Source of the DNA: Ostreococcus lucimarinus
Lineage: Eukaryota
Assembly: GCA_000092065.1 (NCBI GenBank)
Contig: CP000599.1
Direction: 5' to 3' (one strand)
DNA: 64,000 nucleotides
Below are positions 1 to 9,700 of this stretch, one piece after another (position 1 is the first letter of the stretch; every line of letters begins with the position of its first letter). The notes under the pieces were generated by a model. The model ran no database searches, was not told the origin of the DNA, and saw only the letters and a list, made by a program, of their open reading frames with translations. The translations under genes were made by a program, and so were the position numbers.

Positions 1-2220
1 CTTTCGGAAGACATCAACGATGAGTTACAGGCGTTGACGACGACGATGGATCGCGTGGATAACTTGCGGGACGTTCTTGGTAAACTTCTCCGAGTCTTGA
101 CCGAGGAAGACGAAGACGTCGCCGGCGCCGGGACGGCTGAAGACTTGGCTTCGGCGGAGCCGTCGTACGATTTAGCCGCCACGGCTCCGAGTCACGAAGA
201 GGTGATGAAAAAGTGGAACAACGTCGCCAAAGAGTGGGTGAAACCGAACGGGGAGTTGAACACGGGCCGTGACAGCGGCGTGGCGCACGTTAGCGCGAGA
301 AATCGTAGCGGCGACGAAAAGTTTGACGATGCGCTGGACGAATCAGACGACGCGGCGCAAGTCCCAGATTGGGTGAGCAAGACGCGAGCGAACGTTGAGA
401 AAGTTACCACGGGCGCAATCAGCGATGCGGTGAGCGCGAAAGACGCGCCGGGTGGGGACGCGCCGTGGGTGCACTCGCGGGCGCGACTCGGATCGTCCAT
501 GGAATTTTCGGCGCCGGCACACTTGGGCGTAAACGTCCTTCCGAGCGATACCTTGGCAGACGTGCTCACACAAATCGTTGATCTCGTCCTGAACGTCACC
601 GAAGCTTTGGACGGCACGCGCTTTGATTTCAACGGCACGCGCTTGAACATCACCGTCGACGTGAACGAAACCGCCGCCGAAACAGCCCTCGGCCCGGACG
701 CCGCGGCGCTCGGAGAGATGCTCCAATCTGAAGTCGCCGACGCCGTGACGGCGCAACTCCGCGATAAGCGTCTCGCGTACGAGGCTTCGCTCGGGGAAAA
801 ACCAACGACGACGAAGACACCGACGCGATTCGCCGCGCTCGGTTCGAGCTGGGGATCAAACGAATGGACGGGCACCGACGCCGCCGACGCGTCTTGGGAT
901 CCGATTCGTGGCGAAGACGACGGCGTGTACGTCGACGATGCGAGCACGCGGCTCGATTGGACGATTCCTCCGGGAGGAGATTCGCGCCTGTCCTCGTCCC
1001 AACCGAACGGTGACGGGGAAGACGAAGAGCTCGCGCCAACGCCGACGCCCGCGGATGAGCACTTCCAATCCAAGAGCAAGAAGAAGATTGTCGAAGAGTT
1101 TGCCAAGGCGGAGCACAAATCCGCCGAGGCGTGGCGACAAGAAGCACTCAAGGCGCAACAAAAGCTCGAGGAAGTGGCGGCAAAGGGTATGGAAAACGAC
1201 GCGGATTTGCAAAAGAGCGCCGGCGCCGTGGAAAAGCTCAAAGGTTTAGTCAAGGAATTCAAAAAGGCTTTGCTGAAGGAGTCCACGGCGCGCGCTAAGG
1301 CCGAGCGATTACTCGAAGAAGAGACCACACGCGCGGCAGAGGAGCAAGAGGACACGGAAAAACGCGTCGTCGAGCAAGCGAAGTTGCAAATTTTAGCCGC
1401 GCGCACCGAGGCGCGCGACGCCTCCTTGGCTCGCATCAAAGCCGAGGAGGAGGCAGAGAAGGCCATTAAAGAGAAAATCGCTCTCGCCAAAGCCGCGGCC
1501 AAGGTGCAACGAAGCGCCGACGAGGCTTTGCGCAGTGTTTTGGCGGATAAGGAAGACGCTGTGGCGCAGAAAAAGTCAAAGATTGAAGAAACCGCGCCGC
1601 GGCCCGACGGGACCGTCGACGCGGTTTCCGACGACGTCCTCGACGCCGCAACTGAAGCGGCGCACGTCGATACCGACGCGACGATCACGCCGCCTGCGAA
1701 ACGTAAGCCCAAAGTCACGACTTGGGACTCGGCGTTGAAGGACATCGCGCGCGACGCGTCGGACGACGAAGACGAAGACGACGAAGAAGCGTCCGCCGGA
1801 GCGCCGAAATCGAAACCGAGCGCGCGTTCAGCCAAGAACGACGACGACGACGACGACGCGAAATCGTCGTCATCATCATCCGCGACGAAACCCGTCTTTA
1901 CCGCCACCATCGCCGTCAAATCCTACGACGTCTCCAAAAAAGACATGAAACTCCTCCGCGGAGCCTTTCTCAGCCTCTTGCGCGCCAAGGCGCCCGGCGC
2001 GTGCGACGACGCCGAACTCACCCTCACCAAACGCGTCGTCTACGACGGCTCCGTAAAAGTCGACGTTCGGTGCGCCAACGTACCGTCCGTCGACCACCTC
2101 ACCGAGGCCAACGACGCGATGAATTGGGCCTTCGTCGCCAGTCGTAAATTCCCCGACAACTTGGTCAAAATCGGTTTTCGCTCCGCGAGCGCCGACGACG
2201 TCACGTTGGATAGTCACTGA
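1..2220 (+). CDS. Hypothetical acidic coiled-coil protein, probably 5'-truncated by the window edge
   Basis: ORF 34..2220 begins at a TTG. The frame stays open upstream to base 1 (LSEDINDELQAL...). The first ATG is at 46. The middle is Glu/Lys/Ala-rich and heptad-like. The stop is at 2218-2220. No family recognised. Confidence 0.6.
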   Translation, partial: LSEDINDELQALTTTMDRVDNLRDVLGKLLRVLTEEDEDVAGAGTAEDLASAEPSYDLAATAPSHEEVMKKWNNVAKEWVKPNGELNTGRDSGVAHVSARNRSGDEKFDDALDESDDAAQVPDWVSKTRANVEKVTTGAISDAVSAKDAPGGDAPWVHSRARLGSSMEFSAPAHLGVNVLPSDTLADVLTQIVDLVLNVTEALDGTRFDFNGTRLNITVDVNETAAETALGPDAAALGEMLQSEVADAVTAQLRDKRLAYEASLGEKPTTTKTPTRFAALGSSWGSNEWTGTDAADASWDPIRGEDDGVYVDDASTRLDWTIPPGGDSRLSSSQPNGDGEDEELAPTPTPADEHFQSKSKKKIVEEFAKAEHKSAEAWRQEALKAQQKLEEVAAKGMENDADLQKSAGAVEKLKGLVKEFKKALLKESTARAKAERLLEEETTRAAEEQEDTEKRVVEQAKLQILAARTEARDASLARIKAEEEAEKAIKEKIALAKAAAKVQRSADEALRSVLADKEDAVAQKKSKIEETAPRPDGTVDAVSDDVLDAATEAAHVDTDATITPPAKRKPKVTTWDSALKDIARDASDDEDEDDEEASAGAPKSKPSARSAKNDDDDDDAKSSSSSSATKPVFTATIAVKSYDVSKKDMKLLRGAFLSLLRAKAPGACDDAELTLTKRVVYDGSVKVDVRCANVPSVDHLTEANDAMNWAFVASRKFPDNLVKIGFRSASADDVTLDSH

Positions 2221-2658
2221 AGGATCATCACCGAATGCATGGGATGATCGCCGAGTGTGAAACACGTTAGTCGTTTGTTAGATAGAGACAAACCACATCA
2301 CGCGAAACCGCGTCGCGCGCGACCGACGCGCGAGCCTCGAGTCGAATTCAAATTCCTTCGGTCCCCTCGTCAGCTCGTGACTTGAAACGACCGTTGTCGA
2401 CCGCGAGTCAACGCGCGTGAATGTAAACACGCAAACAGTCTCACATACACATACACAAGGTGCCGACCCGTATCACAGACTAAAAACCCACACAGTATGT
2501 GTATTTATACGTATAATAAAAATTAGATGGCATTTGCCAGCGCATCGCCAGCGCATCACGCCGAATGTCCGAACCTTCCATTTTATCGCGCCACACTGGT
2601 TATCTGGTAACAGGTTATAATTTCTTTGAATACGAGGCGTGTCGACCCGGTCGACGCA

Positions 2659-2698
2659 GACACGTCGTTTCGCGACACGTCGTTTCGCATGACGTGTC
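2659..2698. promoter_or_regulatory. Three GACACGTC (ACGT-core) elements upstream of AMT: a 15-nt direct duplication plus one inverted copy
   Basis: gacacgtcgtttcgc occurs at 2659 and again at 2674, followed by gacgtgtc (the reverse complement of gacacgtc) at 2691-2698. Confidence 0.3.
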
Positions 2699-2810
2699 GC
2701 GCGCGCACCCGGAGACGCGCCGCATTCCTCGACGCCGAGCTCGTCGGTTTCGCGCGCGCACGCTCGAACCGCGACCGCGAAACGAAAGAATATATAATCT
2801 CTCATCATGG

Positions 2811-3173
2811 GTGCGTGCGCGATGCGCGATAGCGACGTCGTCGGTGCCGCGAACGAGGCGACGATCAGAGACGATTCGACGACGCATTCGAATGCGCGCG
2901 AAGCGACGCGGCGCGAAGCGACGCGGCGCGCGGTCGCGCGCGACGATCGGCGACGGCGAGTGATGGTTGGAAAAGTTTTACATCGTTTGTGGCGCGCGCG
3001 GGGGGCGTCGCGTCGTCGCGGGCGCGGAGAGGACGGACGCGGTCGAGGGGGACGACGCGACCCGCAATTCGACGAGCTGGGGCGGGTCGGTTGATTGAGG
3101 GTTGAAGTGGGATTACACTGTTTACGCATACGCGCTCGGGTGACTGACGAAGACGCGAATCGCGCGCGCGCAG
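2811..3173 (+). other. Putative spliceosomal intron immediately after the AMT start codon
   Basis: ATGG|GTGCGTGCGC donor at 2811, GTGACTGACGA branch at 3141-3150, GCGCGCAG acceptor ending at 3173. The phase is compatible (G+CT=Ala) and gives MAVGDDVDINFMLTNTF... Confidence 0.4.
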
Positions 3174-4471
3174 CTGTTGGTGATGACGTCGATATCAACT
3201 TTATGCTGACGAACACCTTCTTGGTGTTCTTCATGCAAGCCGGCTTCGCGATGTTGTGCGCCGGATCCGTGCGAAGCAAGAACACGAAGAACATTTTGAT
3301 TAAAAACGTGCTCGACGCGTGCGTCGGCGCCATCGCGTGGTTCTTGTTTGGCTACGGTTTCGCGTTCGGGGCGACGACCGGAAAGAAGGAAAACGCGTTC
3401 ATCGGTTCCGGTAACTTCGCGATGAAGGACGTCACCACTGCGAGCGAATTGGCGATGTACTTGTTCCAGTGGTCGTTCTCCGCTGCGGCGACGACGATCG
3501 TGTCTGGCTCTGTCGCCGAACGCACCAAGTTCGAGGCGTACCTCGGCTACTCTTTCTTCCTCACCGCCTTCGTGTACCCGGTCGTCGTGCACTGGACCTG
3601 GAGTGGTGGCGCGGGCTGGTTGGGCACTGGCTACACTTTGGGCGACAAGGTCGCTGACGTTGGCATGCACGACTTCGCCGGCTCTGGCGTCGTCCACATG
3701 GTTGGTGGTTTCGCTGGTTTGATGGGCGCCATGATCGTCGGTCCGCGCACCGGTCGCTTTGCTTCCGATGGTCGCGTGAACCCGATGCCGGGCCACTCCG
3801 CCCCGCTCGTCGTTCTCGGCACCTTCGTCCTCTGGCTCGGCTGGTACGGCTTCAACCCGGGCTCCGCGGGCGGCGTCGTCGACAACGCTGAAACTGTGGC
3901 CCGCTGTGCCATCACCACGACGCTCTCCGCCGCCGCTGGTGGTGTGACAGCCATGCTCTTGAACTACAAGTTGTACCACGTCTGGGACTTGATCGCCGTG
4001 TGCAACGGTGTTCTCGCGGGTCTCGTCTCCATCACCGCCGGTTGCGCCGTCACGGAACCGTGGGCCGCCCTCGTCTGCGGTTCGCTCGGCGCCCTCGTCA
4101 TTCACTTCTCCTCCAAGCTCTTGCTCAAGTTCCAAATCGACGATCCGCTCGAAGCGGCGCCGATGCACGGCTTCTGCGGCGCCTTCGGCGTTCTCTGGGT
4201 CGGTTTCATGGCCAAGAAGGAATACGCCGAGGCTCAGGGTGCCAGAGCTGGTGCGTTTTACGAAGGTGGCGGCAAGCAACTCGGCGCGCAAATCGTCGGT
4301 ATCCTCGTCATCATCGCGTGGACGTGCGGCACCATTGGTCCCTTCTTCATGTTGATGAAGAAGTTCAACTTGCTCCGCACCACCGTCGAAGAAGAGACGC
4401 TCGGCTTGGACGAATCCAAGCACGGCGGCAAGGCGTACGCGCTGGAACTCGTCGCTCCGGAACCAGCGTAA
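3174..4471 (+). CDS. AMT1: Ammonium transporter (Amt/MEP/Rh family, AMT1-like), main coding exon
   Basis: Hallmark motifs FLVFFMQAGFAMLCAGSVRSKNTKNILIKNVLD, DFAGSGVVHMVGG and GFNPGS, with multiple TM helices. The ORF-track start at 3095 is a TTG. The first in-frame ATG is at 3203. A probable 4-nt first exon ATGG (2807-2810) is spliced to 3174 (see findings). Confidence 0.92.
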
Positions 4472-4627
4472 ACGTGCGCTCCACGGGTTGAACGAACGTA
4501 TCGTCGGTCAGAAATTTTCTGAGCACGTACATCCCGCTCGTTTCTGCGAAGAAGGCGCTCGTACGCACGCGTTCGCGCGTCTCTTTTTCACTCTTAACCA
4601 TCACAAAACAGATTCACCTTCCTCTTT

Positions 4628-4632
4628 TGTAA
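4628..4632 (+). terminator. TGTAA candidate poly(A) signal for AMT
   Basis: ttttgtaaaacc lies in the AT-rich convergent gap between AMT and the HAD gene. Confidence 0.35.
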
Positions 4633-4670
4633 AACCGATGATTACTATACCTATTATTATTACACCTCGA

Positions 4671-5798
4671 TCACCACGCGAAACGTTCGATCACGTGCGT
4701 CGGCGTCGCATCGGGATGCTCTCGCAGAACGTCCTCGAGCGCTCGAAGCTTCAACTCCGCGGCGTGAACGCCCACTCCTCGCACGAACACCGTGTCCACG
4801 CCCGCGCGCGCGCCGCCGGCGACGTCGTGCGCCAACGAGTCTCCGACGGCGACGACGCGCGATTTATCCAAATCGCCGCCGGCGGCTTTGATTTCCCACA
4901 GCAACTCTTCGTAAATGATGGACGACGGCTTCCCCATCAAACACACGTACGCCTCGCCGTCCTCGCCCGCGTGCGTGGCGTTGAATTTATCGACGTAATA
5001 TCTCGCGAGCGTCCCCGGCATGGCGACGAGCGTCTCGCCCGAAACCGTCACGAAATCCGGATTCGCGACGCACAGAGGCACCTTGGCCGCCGCCGCCCGT
5101 TCGACGAGCGCCCGCATCGTCTCCTCGTCCACGGTCTCGCACGGCTTCCCATCGCCGCGCCCGATCGCCTCCGTCCCGTGCGCCAACACGAAATCCACGC
5201 GTTCGATCGCGTTCGCGTCGCCAGCGTCGTCGGCCGACGAAACGTCCACGATTTCGATTCGCGCGTTCGTCTCCTCGCCCAGCGTAATCGCGCCGCGAGC
5301 GCTCCACGTCAAATGCGCCGCTCTCGCTCTCCTCCCCTCCGATCTCGCCCCATCGATCGCGCGTCGCAAGCGACGAAAATTATCTCCCATCGCCGTCGTC
5401 TTTTCCGTTCTCCAATCGTCCGCGTCGCGCGTCGCGAACCGCCGCGCGACTTCGCCGCTCGTCATCGCGCCGCGAAACGCCGTCGCCGAGAACCCCATCG
5501 ACGCCAACCGCGCGATCGTGCCCTCTCGACCGCGCGAGGAGTTCGACACGATGTATATCCGCTTCCCCATCGCGGCGAGCGCGTCGACGCACTCGACGGC
5601 GCCGTCGTACGGCGTCGAACCGTCGTGCAGTAGACCAAACTGGTCCAGCAGCCAAACGTCGTAGTCGTCCGCGAATCGCGACACGCGCGTCGCGCGCGTC
5701 GACGTCATCGCCGCGGAATCGCGCGAGCGACGCCGTCGCGAGCGCGCGGACGACGCGCGCGCGGTGGCGACGCGAGAGAGATTCGACGCCGTCGCCAT
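4671..5798 (-). CDS. HAD-superfamily hydrolase, subfamily IIA (TIGR01459-like)
   Basis: LLDQFGLLHDGSTPYDGAVECVDALAAMGKRIYIVSNSSR, a C-terminal AVGDSLAHDVAGGARAGVDTVFV motif, and an Arg/Ser-rich N-terminal presequence. ATG at 5798. Confidence 0.8.
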   Translation of the reverse strand: MATASNLSRVATARASSARSRRRRSRDSAAMTSTRATRVSRFADDYDVWLLDQFGLLHDGSTPYDGAVECVDALAAMGKRIYIVSNSSRGREGTIARLASMGFSATAFRGAMTSGEVARRFATRDADDWRTEKTTAMGDNFRRLRRAIDGARSEGRRARAAHLTWSARGAITLGEETNARIEIVDVSSADDAGDANAIERVDFVLAHGTEAIGRGDGKPCETVDEETMRALVERAAAAKVPLCVANPDFVTVSGETLVAMPGTLARYYVDKFNATHAGEDGEAYVCLMGKPSSIIYEELLWEIKAAGGDLDKSRVVAVGDSLAHDVAGGARAGVDTVFVRGVGVHAAELKLRALEDVLREHPDATPTHVIERFAW

Positions 5799-6031
5799 GC
5801 GCGACGAAGAGTGACGCGGCGCGACGCGCGCTCGCGGATCGCGGACGCGCGCATCACGGTATTACAGCGCGCCTAACGTGAGATTTAAACGATTTTCGCG
5901 TCGCGCGGCGCGCGGCGCGCGCGACGACCGATCGACCGATCGACGCCGCGCTCGACGCCTCGGTCGACTCGACGACTCGACGACTCGACGTCCCGACGTC
6001 CCGACCGCCGAACGCCCTTTCGCGCGCGCGC

Positions 6032-6487
6032 CTAATCCCTCAACAACTCGTCGTTTTCAGCGTCCACGATGCACGCCTCGACCTCGTCGACGTCGCCTCG
6101 CATCACCGCCGTCATGCAGTCCTCGAAGACGCGCTCGGCGCTCAGCTCCTTGAGCTTCGCCGTCCAAAACGCGTCGCCCTTCACCTCCGGTCGTCGTCGC
6201 AGCGTCTCGATCGTCGCCGTCGCGCTGACGCCGTGTTCATCGAAACCGTCCTCGCACTCGAGCAGGCACCGCTCGAGCTCGGCTTCGTCGCCGGACGCCA
6301 CCGCGTCGAGGCACGAGCGCAGCACGCGCTCGCTCGCGCGCGCCTCGGTCTCCGTCTCCGCGTCGCGATTCGCGGCGTCCGACGACGCGGCGCGGCGCGA
6401 CGCGCGGTCGCGCGTGTCGCGTTTCGCCCGCGCGGCGCGCGCGCGAATCGACGGCGCGAGCGCGACGCGAGCGCTTCGGGACATCAT
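6032..6487 (-). CDS. Small hypothetical protein with presequence and an internally duplicated Cys-containing acidic motif
   Basis: 150-aa ORF with ATG at 6487. Two related segments are CLDAVASGDEAELERCLLECE and CMTAVMRGDVDEVEACIVDAE. The codon bias looks like real coding. Confidence 0.55.
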   Translation of the reverse strand: MMSRSARVALAPSIRARAARAKRDTRDRASRRAASSDAANRDAETETEARASERVLRSCLDAVASGDEAELERCLLECEDGFDEHGVSATATIETLRRRPEVKGDAFWTAKLKELSAERVFEDCMTAVMRGDVDEVEACIVDAENDELLRD

Positions 6488-6726
6488 CGCGATCGCCGCG
6501 CGGTCGCGCGATCGGCGGGTTTCGCGGCGTCGATTCCGCGCGCGGCGTCGCGATGCGGGACGTCGCGCGCGCGGCGTGCGTCGATGCGTTTAAACCGCGA
6601 GCGGACGCGCGCGAGCGGGGCGAATCGGCGCGAGGCGAAGAGTGCGGCGAAGAGAGACGAAGGGAGACGCGATCGGGGCGCATCGTGCTGAGTCATCCAA
6701 CTGTCGATTAAATTATTCGCGGCGAG

Positions 6727-9700
6727 CTACCGCGCGCGTAATTCGTTAATTTTAAGCGTGAGATAGGCGGTGACGTCGTCGGAGGCCGGTGGCATGGACT
6801 CGGCGATGTAGACCAAGGTGGCGATCTCGCGCGCGGTGGCGCCGGCGCCGTCTAAGACGGCGTCGAAGACGCGCTCGGCGGCGGCCAAGGATACGGCGCC
6901 GGATTTCTTCACCGAGGCGTCCGCGATCGAGAGAGCCTTGTCGTCGTATTTCGCGCCGTCGATGACGCGGTATTGCTTTGAGGCGGATTTTGTGAGACCT
7001 GATTCGATCTCTTCGCGTCTGGCGTCGATTCGCGGTTGTAAATACGTCGCCGCGGCGTCGCTGAGGACGTAGGCGTATCGACCGCCGCCGCCGGCGAGCA
7101 CCAGCGCCAAAGTCTCGAGCTCGATCTTCGTGATTCCGGCGCCGTCGAAGACGCTTTCGTAAATTTTTTCCGCGCCGGCGCGATCGATTTCGCCTCTTTC
7201 CGCCATGAAAGTGTCCGCGAGGCACAGAGCGGCGTTGTCGTACCTGACGCCGCCGACGGTGCGATAGAATCCTTGAGGCGCTTTACGCTTTTGCGCGCGC
7301 TGTTGCTGCGTCAAAGCGTTCTTTTCCGTCAAACGTGCGTCGCGCAGTCGGGAACGGAGCTCCGCAGCGAGACCCGTGGCGTCGAGACCGCGCGCTGCGC
7401 ACTCGGCGATGAGTTCGTCGCGCTTCATTTTGCTCAACGCGGTGAGCGAGGACGGTTCGAAGACGATCGCCGGGCGTTCCTCACTCGCGGCGTCAACACC
7501 CGGCGAGGAGGTTTCAGTGCTGACGATTACGGGCGTCGGCGTCGATGGTGCCGGCACCTGCGCTCCGCTCGCGCGTTCAGCCGCGGTTTCGGCTTTCGCC
7601 GCGCGTTTGGCCAGAGCCTCCGTCTTGGCTTCGGCTTCCTTGATCGCAAGCGTCGCCGATGAAAGCTTGGCTTCGAGCTCTTCCAACTGCGTCGCGAATC
7701 GAGACTCGGCTTCCGCTAAATCGCTCGCCGCACGCTCAGCGATCGTCTGCGCCTCGACCGCAAATTCTTCTTGGGCTCGCTCGCGCGCAACATCGGCGTC
7801 GTCCTCGGCAGCGGCGAGCCGCGCCTCCATGCGTGCCAAATCTGCTCGCAATTCTCGCTCGACGTCGTCATTCAACGCGCTACTCGATGCCTCAACCTTT
7901 GCTCGCGCTTCCGTTAAGTTGCGCGTCAACTCGTCGCGCTCGGCGGCGATTGCCGCGAGCGCCGCCGCAGCCGCTTCCTGTTCGCTTCTGAGCTCGCGCG
8001 CCAGTTCGCTCGCGCGATCGTCTGCTTCGGCTAGCTTTCGCTCCAACTCATCGCTCATCGAACGCAGGCGCGTCGCCTCGGAAGCTTCAGCCCTGGTGCG
8101 CTCGATTTCATCTCTCAACTCCTCCTGCTCGAGTTCAGCGATTCGAAGTTTCTCTCGCCATGCGTTTTCTGCGCGTCGCGCGTCGTCGCGCGCGGCTTCG
8201 AGTTCAGAAGCCTCGACGAGACTCGCCGTCTTCGCTTTGAGGGCTTCAAAGCGCGCGTTGGCTTCGCTCGCACGGCGCTCGGCGTCGGTGAGTTGACCTT
8301 TTAAGCTCTCGAATGCCTCCGCCGCAGACGCGGCGGAGAGTTCGCGCGCTGATCCTTCTTCGACGAGGCGCTCTATGTCGCTCACAAGGCCGTCAGATTT
8401 GCTCGTTTCCTCGACCAATCGCGCGTCGACTCGGGACTTTTCTGCACGTAAGCGCTTGATTTCGACTTCTAGTGCGGTGAAGCGCTCCTCCACTTGCGCG
8501 ACGGCTGTTCTCGCCGCCGCTACGTTTTGTTCGCTCTGCGACATGGCGTCGTCGATGGATTTCTTGGACTCGGCGTACGCACGATCGACCTCGGACTTTT
8601 CGGCAACTAATTCATCGTACTTTGCTCGAATTTCGGCAATTCGCGCTTCAGATGAATCCACCGCCGTCGCAAGCTTTGCTTCGCTCACGCGTAAAGCCTC
8701 CGCAATGCGCTCGCGTTCTTTTTCAGACGCAACGGCGTTTTCTGCCGCCTTTGCTTCCAATTCGGCGAGAGCATTACGCACGTCATTTCGCTCTTCAACC
8801 AGGCGGTCGATCTCACCTTGTCGACGCAATGCTTCGTTTGCCGCGGCGGCGTTGATAGCGTCCTTTTCAGCGCTAGAAGCCGATTTCAAACTCGAGATTT
8901 CACTCGCATACGTGCGTGCACTCTCGGAAGCGGCTTTCTCCGCCTTGTTGAGCTCGTCGGTTTTAGCTTGCAATTGCCCGCGCAAAGTTTCGCACTCGGC
9001 TCGCGATGCATCCAGCGCCGTAGAATCTACCGCATTTGCGAGTTCACGCTCAAACGCACTCTTTTCCTCAGTCAATCTCGCGACGGTTTCTTGTAACTTT
9101 GCCATATCGCTTAACCGCGCGTTTTGCTCGCCGTCGAGTCGCGACTGTGCCGCCGCCTTTTCTTCTTGAACTCGCGCGAGCGCTTGACGCAATTCGAGCG
9201 CTTGCGATTCCGCGCGAGCTTCGGCACTCTTGAGCGTCTCCAGCGCAGATTCCTTCTCTGCGCGAAGTCGCTCAATCTCGCTCTTCATTTGCTCCTTCTC
9301 CGCTCGGCTCGACTCGTTGAGCGAACGCTCCATCTGAGCAACGGAGTCTCGCATCTCTTGCAGTTGTGCTTGCGCTTGTTTAGTTTCCGCGGAAGCGGCG
9401 TCAAGGGCTCGCGACATTTTGAGCGTCGCGTACGATTGCTCGTTCGCGCTTCTCGTTTCGAGTTTCGCCTCCACCTTGGCGAGTGCCGCGCGCGCGGTCG
9501 CGGCGTCTTCCATCGCTACTTCGGCTTCGCGCTTGGCGTCGTAGAGCTCTCGCGCAGTTTTGTCTTCATCGAGCAAAGTCGCAAATTGCTTCTCCAATCT
9601 TGCTGAATTTTCAATAGCCTTCTTCGCGTCAGCTTCGAGATTCTTGATCCGCCGCTCTTCGTTGGCGTATTGATGCTCGAGTTCGCGACGACGTTGATCC

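Noticed and set aside
192-1919. Long antisense ORF (575 aa) opposite the first gene. It stands for many similar ones, for example 3122..4423(-), 7376..8296(+), 8375..9169(+), 13286..14104(-), 22154..24130(+), 24114..25532(-), 36605..37645(+), 44126..45229(+), 46100..47554(+), 46948..48501(-), 57322..58305(-) and 59595..61070(+).
   Set aside because: In DNA this GC-rich, stop codons are rare in every frame. These ORFs are Ser/Ala/Arg/Pro-rich and low in complexity, with no recognisable motifs. Each is fully overlapped by an opposite-strand or other-frame gene with clear homology.
2791-2797. TATATAA as the TATA box for the proposed AMT start at 2807.
   Set aside because: It lies only 10 nt upstream of the ATG, so a TSS about 25-30 nt downstream of it would fall past the start codon. 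I kept it as a caveat on the micro-exom model rather than as a feature.
2961-3147. Possible intronic C/D-box snoRNA in the AMT intron (UGAUGG near 2961 and CUGA at 3144).
   Set aside because: The C box is imperfect. The CUGA is simply part of the branch-point motif ACTGAC. The spacing of about 180 nt is long, and no terminal stem is apparent.
6032-6487. CP12 identity for the small Cys-pair protein.
   Set aside because: It lacks the AWD.VEEL core and the C-terminal C-x-x-x-P-x-x-x-x-C loop. Only its size, acidity and Cys pairs are similar.
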